Assembly: GCF_000143415.4 (NCBI RefSeq)
Contig: NW_003314326.1
Location: forward strand, 682,001 to 746,000
Direction of reading: 5' to 3'
DNA: 64,000 nt
Source of the DNA: Selaginella moellendorffii
Taxonomy: Eukaryota > Plantae > Lycopodiophyta
The notes beneath the pieces were generated by a model that worked only from the letters and a program-made list of their open reading frames with translations, searched no databases and was not told the DNA's origin. Within the stretch, counting starts at the first letter, position 1, and each line of letters starts with the position of its first letter. A program made the position numbers and the translations under genes. This document shows, piece by piece, positions 36,822-47,887 of this stretch.

Positions 36822-39647
36822 ATGGCCTCCGCAAGTGCGACGCATGTTCCCTCCGTGGATCTTAAGAACCGTGCTACATGGATTCAGGCAAAGGTGTTTC
36901 TAAACAACCTCGAGGGGGAGGTGGTAGCTGAGGGCTTAGCCACAGTTGTCGATCCAAGAGATGTAGTTGCTAATCAAGAATTGGGCTGGGATGATATTGG
37001 AGTTGCAATTTTAGAGGTTGTTGACACAAAAGAAAACAGTCTGACTATTGGAAGCATTGTGCGGTGGAAATTGAGGCACTTAGTGTTTGAGAATGTGAAG
37101 GATTCACAATCAAACACCACTACAACTGATGACAGAACATCTCTTCATGGGAAAAGAAAGTACACCTTCCTAAAGTGTAGCCAAAGGGATCTGAGCAACG
37201 AACCGAAAAGGCAGAAAATGGTGATGGAGGTTCGAATGGTCTCGACAGTTGCTTGTTGCAAAAGGAAGTGCTGTCAACATGCTGATTGGGATGCTATTGA
37301 AGAGGAGAGAGCAAGATACAAGACATTGTCCTGGAAGGCAGCTTGCAATTTTGTGTATGAGGCATTACGGTCATCTGTTGATGCTTCAGAACATCAGGTG
37401 GGGGGCATGGTCTTCCAGAGGGGTTTGGTTTGCATGAAGGCATGGAGAATCATTTATGGAGTCCCTCGAACCACATTCTACAGAATCAAAACTGAGTTCA
37501 AGGAACAAAGGGTTCAACAGGCAGTCCATGGGAACAACGATACGCACAAAACTAGGGGTCATGTTATATATGGAGAGGCAATCTTCAAGAGGTGTGTCGA
37601 GACGTGTAGCGAGCAGCAACCACATAAAACCCGCCTCTTGGAAGATGGAACACGAGACACCCAATGAGTTCTCCCTTCCATGTATACCAAGGGGGCCATA
37701 TTGGAAGATGTGAATCGGGAACTCTAGAGTAATGGCTACAGGAAGCTGAGCCAATCTAGATTTAGTAGATTGTGGAGCAACAGGTTCAGGGATGTGAGTA
37801 TAGGAAAGTACTCCAGCTTTTCAAAGTGTGACGAGTGCACTGCTATCAAAATGGCTTTGTCGAAGAATTCTTGCATCGCTCAAGAGCGAGAGACGTTGGT
37901 TAGAAGGCGGCTCGACCACAACATCGAGCAGAGAAGCTGCAGAACTGCATATTATCATAACAAGATTCTCTCCATGGAGAGACCTGACTCTTACCTCTGC
38001 ATCATCCACGACAAAATGGACCAGAAAAAGACGTGCTTACCTCGACTCAATCCTGCCCCCAAGGCAATCTCTTCATCCATGCAGCTACCTGTGTCTCTGT
38101 TTGGCATAATCGCTCATGGGCATGGTGCCCAGAACTATGGGAACTTTTTTGTACCTCTATGGGGTGGCAGGGGTGCAAACATGATGATTGCGTCCCTAGC
38201 AAAACACTTAAGGTCTCTGCAAAGTGCGCAGACTGAGCTAAACGGCCAACCTTTGCATAAGGTCCTTGTCGATCGAACCCCATACAGGGTTCAGCTGGAG
38301 GAGGAGCAAAGGCTTGCAGTATTGTGTGGGGCCCCATACCATCCCAGTGAATATGTTGGCCGTCAGATTGTAGGGTTATCACGTGAGGCCTCATGCCATT
38401 CCGACGAGGCTGGTCGCCCGGTGAATGCACAGCCTCATCCAAACGAAGCAGAATCTCAAGGAAGTTCTTGCGGCCGATGTGGCCTTCCACCCCATCTTCT
38501 GCTCCAAACAGACAATGCTGGCAGTGAGAACAAAAACATGTACGTCTTCGCGTACTTGGCGATGCTTGTTGCCAAAGGCATATTTGAAACGGTTACACTT
38601 GGCTTTCTCATGGTTGGGCACACTCATGAAGACGTCGATGCCATGTTCAGTCACCTGGCAGAGTCCCTCCGGCGATCCAATGTCCTCACCCTCCCACAAC
38701 TCTACGATGAATTCCAAAATTGCATCAAAGGCACTGTTGAAGCTGCACTTATGACAAAGGTTCCAGACTTTAAGGGGTTTGTAAGAGGCTACATCAGGGA
38801 CGGATCCGAAATGCTGATTGGCCACTCCAAGCCTCTTCAGCTTCATTTCAGCATGCGTGACGGTGCTCCAGTGATGAGGTACAAGATGAGAGAATGGGAC
38901 ACAGTGTGGCTGCCAGTGGACGGCATTGAACTCTTCAAGAGAAATCCCATAACTGGGGAACCTATGATTCCTCAGGGTTCCCCACGGCCGATGCACCCGG
39001 ATGGACTCAAAGACCAGGAAAGTATAGTGGCCGGGATTAGACAGCATATTGCCTTCTGGAAGAGGGGGTTGGTGTTTGGTGGAGAATCCTATTTTCAGAG
39101 GTGCAAGCCTTTGCTCGAATACTGGGAGAAGATTATATCTGCTATCCAAAATGGGCCGGTTGTATATGAAGAATTGGAAGAGTCCTTTTGGCCAGAACCC
39201 AGAGCACCAGATAGTAGCGGAACAATGTCCTCTGGAAATGCAGTGACAGATAACGATGTTGAGGATCACTATTGTGGGCCGAGGAACAAGAAGCCGGATT
39301 CAGCATTCAATCCAGTACAGGTCTGCAAAGGAATGGTCGTGCTTGTCAGACCCAGTAATAAAAAACAAATGATATGGGTGGGGCGCTGCATCACTGATGC
39401 AGAGGAGGACGCAGAAACTAACTCCTTCAATGTAACTGTGGAATGGTTCAAGCCAAGTTCCGGATATACGAAGGATTGCCTAGAAAAGAGATGGGTGCTG
39501 AATCCAAGGGATCCCAGCATGAGCATATCGGTGGATAATGTTGTGCATGGTTGGATGCGGAAGCAGAGTGCCACCATCACCTTGCCAGACCATGCAAGAG
39601 ATGCAGCAAGAGCATTCATAACCCGGGTTCAAGGTGAGATTCATTAA
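36822..39647 (+). pseudogene. Sola1-like (DUF7869-type) DDE transposase, ~940 aa, with two premature stops
   Basis: ORFs 36822-37667 and 37770-39647 are in the same frame, separated only by TGA 37665-37667 and TAG 37725-37727. Motifs CCKRKCC, VCMKAWRIIYGV, SKCDEC..H, HDKMDQKK, QTDNAGSENKN, FLMVGHTHEDVDAMFS. Confidence 0.85.
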
Positions 39648-40347
39648 TATTCCTTTACTAAGTTTCTAATGTATTTTATTTCAAGGTGAACAATCCGAAT
39701 CTGAATCAGAGGCGTGATGGCATGTGGCCTTACGGTGAGATGATACAAATAACAAGTATAAATTCTTAGTTGTTCTAGCAAATCTTACTTAAAGTTCAAG
39801 GTGAACAAGCTGAATATGAATTCATCGGATTGTTATAACAAATTGTGAGGTGATGGCATGAGGCGATACGCCATTTGAGAGTGGTAGCCATTCCTATATG
39901 AGGTGAGTGAAATATTTATTAGAAATACTTCATTCAATTGTGCACTTCTAAGTCTTGGTCCACTCAGTACTGTTTGCATGTTTCTATTTTAATTCTTTCT
40001 CTAAAATGTTATTTAGCATGTGGCTTCATGCCATTGCTCCCCACAATCATGCATTGAATTTTTCTATCCTTGCATAATACTTCTCCATATATATAGCATG
40101 TGCGCACATGTGATATGGTTCATTAGGCCTGATATAGTGTGTGAGGTAAAATAAAGATGATGTGACATATGCATTTACCAATCATACGTGCATAAATCTA
40201 ATAATATGGCGTGTGGCCCATATTAATGGCACATAAACCCATATTGTGGGCTTACGTGCTTTATGTACCATCATTCCCTTGCAGCGTGTGTGTTGGTTTC
40301 CTTTTATAACACAACGAACTCCATATTTTAGGGTGAAGAGCGTTCTC

Positions 40348-40605
40348 ATGGCAAGCACAAAATCTGTAAGTGAGGCAGAAAAGGAGACGGAGAAGGAGAT
40401 AGGTGAAGATGTAAAATATATAAGTCTTCCAAACTCCCCGTACTATACTCCAGGTGATCATTTTTCTGAACAAACGGCAACATTAACAACTATTGAGAAC
40501 GCCCCAGTAACGTCAGAGACAACAATCCAAAGCAAAACAACTGACCCGGAGAAGGATGATAGTACCGCTGAGAGTACCAAAAAGGAGGTGTCCACTAGCG
40601 CTTAG
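40348..40605 (+). CDS. Small acidic Thr/Glu-rich ORF or terminal exon inside the DNA transposon
   Basis: 85-codon ORF after an acceptor-like TTTTAG (~40331), flanked by palindrome copies. No recognisable domain. Confidence 0.35.
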   Translation: MASTKSVSEAEKETEKEIGEDVKYISLPNSPYYTPGDHFSEQTATLTTIENAPVTSETTIQSKTTDPEKDDSTAESTKKEVSTSA

Positions 40606-43064
40606 GCTTATAATGGTGTGTGCCCTCATGCCATTTACTTGATCACCAAATACTTTTTTCCCTTTGCACTAGTATATCTTAATACCGGTCTGAGAAATAG
40701 AATGGCATGTGCCCTCAGGCCTTTTACTAAATCACCTTTGAAAGAAATGCAAGCCTCTATGTCGTAAAAAAAAGGTACTAGAGAAATTCCTTAATAATAT
40801 GAATGTTATTTAGTTTCATGAAAATACACTAAGGGTCAAATGAGTTAAATGACTTCTCCAGACTAGCAATGCCTCTTGCTACACCTTCACAATTAGATTC
40901 GTTAAAAAAAGATAACATTGAATAATATCTAAATGTTCTCACCATTAAGTTATATGTCTGGCTAATAGGAATGACGTTCATCTTGGAAAGCTCACCACAC
41001 GCTCAATGAACAAACAAATAGTGTGTGCGTGCATGCCATCGCTCTTCTTTAGCTTCAAATTCAGCTTGTTCACCTTGACAATGAGATTTATTATACAACC
41101 AGATGGACTCAGTCTGGACACAAACTCACCGCACTAGTCACCATGCCCCAGATATGTCTAGCCCCTGGACAAAAAACATATAATTTCACGTCATTTTCAA
41201 ATACTTGAAAATTTGTACCTAGTCCCATTTTACTGAATAAATCCCACTTTAACGAAATAGAGCTTATTTGTGGAAGACTTTATTTTAAATCTAGACAAGA
41301 ATTGTTTTTTCAAGGCAAATTTCTCTTTAGCCTCTTTGCCAACTGGTAATAATAGTCAATATAAGTCTTTGCTCAAACTTGTATGATAGATTATTAAGCT
41401 TTGCAATGTATTTCAGAATTTCTAGGAGTGTCTAAAGCTATTTCACCTTTTTAGATATCACTCTTTTTCTTAATATTTCTAAAGAAGTAACAAATAGTGT
41501 CTTTGCTTTTTCTAGTTCTTTAGAGATTAAAGTGACAGTACCAGTGTTTTTAAGACTATCACTTATGCCTAGCAGCAAGCTTTACAGCTCTTTATTCAGC
41601 GTTTACAGCGTGAAGCCTCTCAACTGCTTCATCTGGCAAATACTTGATTAGCACATGAGATGCTCTATGTGTTCCAAACATAAATATAAATTGAGTTACA
41701 ACTCTTACTAAAGTAGTTATATAATTTTACTTACGTGGAAAACATTTACTAGGTGAAAATTCTCTCATGTAAGGAGGTACGTACACCTTGTGGATCACAT
41801 ATCACAAAGGGTGGTTCACACCTTGCAAAGGGTGGTTCATGCTTAGAGTGGTGAGTATTTCCTTTGCCAGCAATTGAGCATCACTGGTCTAAAGAGCAGA
41901 CTTTCATGCCTATTCACTTGTATATTTATTCTTTATTTATGCCTCACTTTAGGGGATATGAGGCGCATTTCACATGATTGCCCTTGATTCCTCCCTATGG
42001 GGCTAGATGTGATGTGAATACTCTGAAAATTTATAAGAGAGTGAAAACTTTCACACTAAGCAATGCTTGTAATCTTAGATATTTGACTAATCTCTTTGAC
42101 AAGAAATGAGCATTGACTAATTCATCTAGGTGTACTAAGTGAAAAACGGTTTGAATGGTTAGAGCAGTTCGTGATAACTGTTTCTGAATTTTTGACTTAT
42201 GAGTCTTGCTTAAGTCTCATAGGCTTTTGCAATATGTGTAGGAGACTTAAAATCAGGACAAGTCTACTTTCAAACCATGTCTGAGTATTTGTCTAAGCTA
42301 AAAGACCTTGGATTAAAGCCTTAAGACATCACAATGTTTTAATTGTGATTTTGCCTCTATCAAAGCTTCATAATATTTAGGTGATTAATTCCCTAATTTG
42401 TTTTTTGCTAAGGCGGACTCTAGCTCTCTTTAACCTGGAGACGAAAGTGCCTAATTTTCCTACTTGTGTATGCCTAAAAAAATTGTGACATGCTGCTAAA
42501 AAATGTATTCTCTAAAATCCCAAATGAGAACTTGCTCAAAAGGAAAGCATTCTAAAATAGTCAATTGTGTTTTCCACATCAAATAAACACCATTCCTTCT
42601 TCTTTTGGATTTTTTTCAAGAAATTGCTGGCAAAACAATTTAAATTTGAGTTTCTTGGCAATGTATGCCAAACTAGACAGCTTTCAAAGGAAAACAAAGC
42701 TTAACACACAATGCCAACCCAAGCTATGTCTTTCCAAGCTCTAACTTGTGCCAATTTTAAATTCGTCTTATGCTCTATGACTTAGGTGACGGTTGAAAGA
42801 TTGTCTTTCTTGTGTTGTCTGGGCACTGAGCCATTGCAATTGGAAAAAGAAAGAGCTCATTTATTCAGTGTTGTCTAAGATCAAAGCCTCTGCAATCACT
42901 GACAAAATCTACTTGTAATTTTTAGTGTTAAGAACATTTAGAACATATAAATGATTTTCTTTTGGCTGTTTTTCAAGCCAAAGAGTGATGGCTTATCCCA
43001 CTGTAGTCCCCAAAAGTGAGTAAGGGCTTTTTCTACCTGTACTCGTGTTCTTGCCCCTGCCTAC

Positions 43065-43318
43065 AATGACTTCGGACTCAACCTCGGACTCGGTCTTGGA
43101 CCCGATCTCGGATCTCAGACTCTGTCTCGAACTCGGTCTTGAACTCGGTCTCCGAATCGGCCTGGGGCTCGATTCCAGACTCTATCTCGAACTCAGTCTC
43201 AGAGTCGGTCTTGGACTCAATCTCAGACTCGGTCTTATCCGATGAACTCTTTGTCATTTCGGTCATGCTTTTCGGGGATCCTTTAGCCTGCGACACCTTG
43301 GGGAGTTGGTTCCTTACA
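43065..43318 (-). repeat. Fragment of family-E LTR
   Basis: Hexamer array and terminus ..GTTGGTTCCTTACA, as at 15600-15850. Confidence 0.8.
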
Positions 43319-46300
43319 CTATTCAACTCAATTGTCTTAACCTTAAAAAGTCAGCATCCCTTTTAAGTTGCATCATACAAATTAGATGTTTTAGCTTCTA
43401 CTTAGAAAGTAGATCTACCAATTGTGGAATATACTAGAATATGTGATGATTAGAAATTTTTAGTTTATGCCAAGAAATTAAAATTACCGAGGATATATTT
43501 TTTGTATAATAGTCCTATATTTAGGCATTTGGAATATCAAAAAGTGACAAAGTGCTGGAAAAATTTCAACACCAATTGTATTAGTATCAGTTGTGCCAAG
43601 ATATCTTGGAGTATTGATGAAGAGGTAAATGTTTCATCATACGTATTCTCTCAGGCGAAGCAAAAAGAAGGAAGCTTAGATGGAATGGAGTTACGCTTAA
43701 GCTAAGGCATCACTCGACCTAAGCAACACTCGACATAGGTAAATGTGAAGCAGTTAGAAATGATTACAAAAATCATATAGTACATAAGTAACACTTAGAC
43801 GTGCTAGAAAATAACCCCCATTCACTGTTATATGCATTTGTATTGAATTACCCATTTTTTCTCCCGCCTATTACTATTTGTGTAAAGTAGAGTTGAGAAA
43901 GTGGCACATACTTATCATTACTCACGCATTTGGGGTTTAAGGTTAAATTCTTCTATTCTATTATCTTCTCTTCTTTTTCTTCTCCACTCGATGTTTTTGT
44001 CTCTCTTTGTTTGTCACCAAACAATTGTTAATATTGAGTAATCGTGTAAATTATATTGTGTAAATTATATTATGTTTTACAACTCATGTTTATATAAAAC
44101 CATCTTATGTGTAGAAGTGCAATATTTTTATCAACTAAATGGTTGTGTTCCTTGTTCTACTCTAATAGTTGTAGGAGTAAAATTTTTCTGCTGCTTAAGA
44201 AAGCCAACACAACTCCAAAAATACTAGACAAGCATTGGATAACACTTCAAATCTAACATTGTCTATAAAGGTGATTATGTTTAGGAACCTTGTAGAAATA
44301 AATAAATAATTTGATTTGTATTATTGATTTTCTAGCTCTAAAGCTTCGTTTTTTGTAAGTGTTGAATTTGCTAATAACATCTTCCATTACAATTAGAGAG
44401 TGATTTGCCAAAATATCTCAAATTATTGACAAAGAGAACATCGTTATCTTATGGATGGTATTTCCAAGGCTCATGGTAAATATACTATTGTGGTTGAATG
44501 GTCTTTTCAGAAAAATTTCCAAGACTACCTTAATTAACTAATTTACAATTGGTCCAATCTTATCTATAGTGTAGGAGGATGAAAACTTCTCTTAAAATTA
44601 GTTGGGTTAGGAGGATGCTTGTGTAATCAAAAGGCATCTGATGTGGTGCTAAGATTTTGCATCTTGTGTCAATTTCAGGGGTGATTTAGGATTTCTATAA
44701 TAGTATACAAGCAATATACAAACCAACACTTAAACAATGTTATGTTCAAGTTGAAAACAACTTATCAATACAATTTTCTTGAGAAAAATATTTGAATTTA
44801 TTATTGGATTTGCCCTAAGAATATTTTTGTGATACCAACAAAACAAACTTCACCTAATAGGAAAAGTTAGATGAAAATAGTTATTTTCGTGGTCTGGATT
44901 GAAAACAGCAAAATATTGATTGGTGCCTAAAAGGAGAAAAATGTAACACTTATTGAACGTAGAATTGTATATGCTCTAGCTTGAGGAGATTTCAGTTCTA
45001 TAGCTACTACATAGATATACTCTGTATATCTATGTAGTTGTATTTAAAACTGGTTCAAAAGTCACTTTCTTGTAATTTCTGTGTCTACCTTCTTGAAATC
45101 TATTCTTCCATTTTCACTGTGCTTGAAAAAACAATCTCATAGTAGTGATCTTCATATTTTTTTGGAGTTAGTGTTTCAATATAGTTGGTTATAGTTTTTT
45201 TTGTTTCCCTCATATCATTTGGTATGATCTTTATATTCCCTTTGTGTATAATTGTAAATGGTTTCTTGTAGTCACGTGTAACCATTACTTTATCTTATTG
45301 CAAATTGTCTCTTGCAGCCCATGTTTATTTACATATGATGTATTACTATGAAACTCCTTTATAAAAGTGCTCCAAGGATAAATGTTCAATCAAAGCTACA
45401 AGTGCTTGCTTACAATGTAACTTACTTTAATTACATCTTTTATGCATTTTTGCTTGGTTAAAGGACTTTAGAATGTCATGCAACCAGTTTTTTCTAATAA
45501 GTATAGATATTCCCACTGAGTAGACTTGTAAGTATGCACAAATTTCATTCATTTTATAGAATATTCAATAGAATGTTTCTTGTGAGAAAAAATTATAATT
45601 CTCATTTTGCTGGGCTATTCCTATTTTATTCAATATTGACTTAACTAAGTGGCAAATGAGAGAAATCTTCAATGACACCAAAAGAATCTTGTTAAAAAGG
45701 ACCACTTAGGAATAATTAAAAATTCTTATTAAAGTCACAATACATCAACAACTTATAGCCAATTGATACCTAAAATGATATCATACATGGAATAAAAAAG
45801 TGCCCCACTTGTTAAAGATACACATGCCATATATAATATCTATAGTGTCAACTTTTAATTAGTAAAAACCACTTGCAAAAGTTGAATATAAAAGTTGTAA
45901 TGCTAGATTTTGAATAACAAAATGCTGAATAGAGCAGATTATTAAGCCTCAATCCACTAAGTTTTTACTTTTGTGTTATTAACAACACTATAGAAAATGA
46001 ATATACTTATACTCCATCAACTCCATGTTATATCTTGTGAAAGAAAATAAATGAAAGAAAACATGAGGACTCTTGATATCTATGAACTTTAAAAAGAGAA
46101 ACATAAGAATATTCTTTAGTTTCATAATAGTATACTTTGGGATTGTGTAGGTGATTGGTAGAAGTCACAACACTATATCCCCATCTATGATATTCTTGAC
46201 ATTATGGACAATGATTGCCACACTTTATTACAATGTACCCTTAATTTTGAAAATCAAAATATCAAAATCCCCTACCATGCCCTCAATTTTTTTATTTATA

Positions 46301-47719
46301 TCCCCAAACACAAACTTGTTTAGTATGTAACCAGTCACTTTTTTCTAAAACACTCATTGCAAATTCATAGTGTTTATAGGTCATTAACATACATAAGAAT
46401 GATATTTGGTTTTTGTTCTAAACTATGAAACTTATCTACTTTTTTTAAAGATAAATTATTTTATTTTTAATTATTAATAATTATTATTGAATAAATATAT
46501 TTTTAAAATATTATTTTAAAATTTCACGTTAAAGTTATCAAATTATATGATAAATATTTAATTACCACTTTAATATATAAACTAAACCACACAATAACTA
46601 CTTTAGAAAACCAGTTTTCAATAGTGATTTCTCCATATTCATAACCCCTTGGTGTTTTATGTAGTTTTTCCAGAAAAACCTCATTTTCATAATAATATAA
46701 ACCACTTAATAACTAATAAATCTGCAATAGTTTTCACCTAATAAAATATCTTATAAAATAGTAGCATATAAAACCATATAAAAATCAGTTTAGTAATAAA
46801 TCCATAAATTTAGCTATATTAAATACCACTTTATTTTACTAGACTACATATCAACCCATATCAGATTTTGAAAACCACTTTTTGAGCTATAAACTACTAT
46901 TCAAACCACATAAAATGGTAAACTACATCTTTTCAGTTCTTGTGTCTGATGCCACAAATTCTACATGAAATAGATATAGTTAAACCTAACCATATGAAAT
47001 TAATTTCATCTTCTTTACTGTCAAAAAATCTGGTTTAGAGATTTAAAATTCAAGCCATTCAAATAAAAACATTGGTACAACTTTAGGAAATTAGCTAGAG
47101 ATATTTGCTTTCTATAAGTAAACTTTAGTGATTCAGGTTATTTTGGTTCAAGAAGCTTCAATATGGCTCTTAGACGTTACTAAAAGGAGTTAACTTATGA
47201 TCCCCAAATACAAAAATGCTGGAGAAAGTTTTGGAATGTCAAGTTTAGAGCAGATGTGGGGGATAGGATGAAAGGCTAGGTATTTGCAAGAGATGGACTG
47301 ACCGTCCAGCCCTGGCCCGAGCCTGGGCTGGCCTCCCCTTGCTGATAACCATGTCTTTTATTGGGTCATATGATGAGAAGCTCCTCACCAAAATGCACTC
47401 AAACATTTTGGAAGTAGGGATCAACTTCAGTGTCTACCTTCTCATTAAGAATTGTTAAATTTTACTGAGATCTCCTCATCCCACAAAATTAGCATTTCCA
47501 CATCCAGCAATTCCACCAAAATTAGGATCACCATAGCTTCCAAAATTTACACCCCATCATCCAATCATTCTTTAACGGCCATCACTTCCATATCTTAGTA
47601 AAAATCCAAAAAGTTTCCTCTGATTAGATGATGGGGAATGTATGTAACCCTTTGTTCAGCAGTCTAGAGATTATTCTGATATATTTTTTAAAAACTTTAG
47701 GATATACCTAGAATTATCT

Positions 47720-47887
47720 ATATTAGTGTTTAGAATATGGGAAAAGAATACAGAAAATGTGCATATCAATTAGCCCAAAAACCCTAGTTTATATAATAGT
47801 CTGGATTGAAACCAATCTAACGGCTACCAAAATCCCACTACGCTAATATTAGTATACGGCATTGTAACTGTACACTTAGCCCTCACA
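47720..47887 (-). repeat. Solo-LTR-like copy of the LTR at 777-963
   Basis: Reverse complement shares tgccgtatactaatattagc..gtgggattttggtagccg..ggtttcaatcc..gggctaattgatatgcacattttc. Confidence 0.75.

Larger units (their letters stand above)
33265..41264. mobile_element. 8.0-kb TIR DNA transposon (Sola1-like DDE transposase plus ParB-like accessory gene)
   Basis: Perfect 23-bp TIRs AGCTCTATTTCGTTAAAGTGGGA (33265-33287 and 41242-41264), flanked by TA on both sides. Interrupts the gypsy gag region. Confidence 0.9.
12960..41640 (-). mobile_element. Old non-chromoviral Ty3/gypsy element (host of nested insertions), in pieces 12960-13452, 23113-23944, 31116-33264 and 41265-~41640
   Basis: Reading frames rejoin across insertions: integrase ..YILVTTNYVTK|..IETM..IVRFGLPKEII; RT ..LLSHIVYKE|GILVDKSK; RT 'KLRVYVNYKKLN..FLNGFSSYNQ'; gag-like 'LKKQFLSRF' after 41265. 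Integrase 'PYEAFHKWGLDFV' is of non-chromoviral type. The LTRs were not located. Confidence 0.75.

Noticed and set aside
38391-39269. 292-aa antisense ORF
   Set aside because: Shadow of the transposase frame; no motifs.
33359-41039. Palindromic repeats as a CRISPR-like array
   Set aside because: Spacing is irregular (tens of bp to >1.6 kb), copies lie in introns and CDS, there are no cas genes, and the context is eukaryotic.
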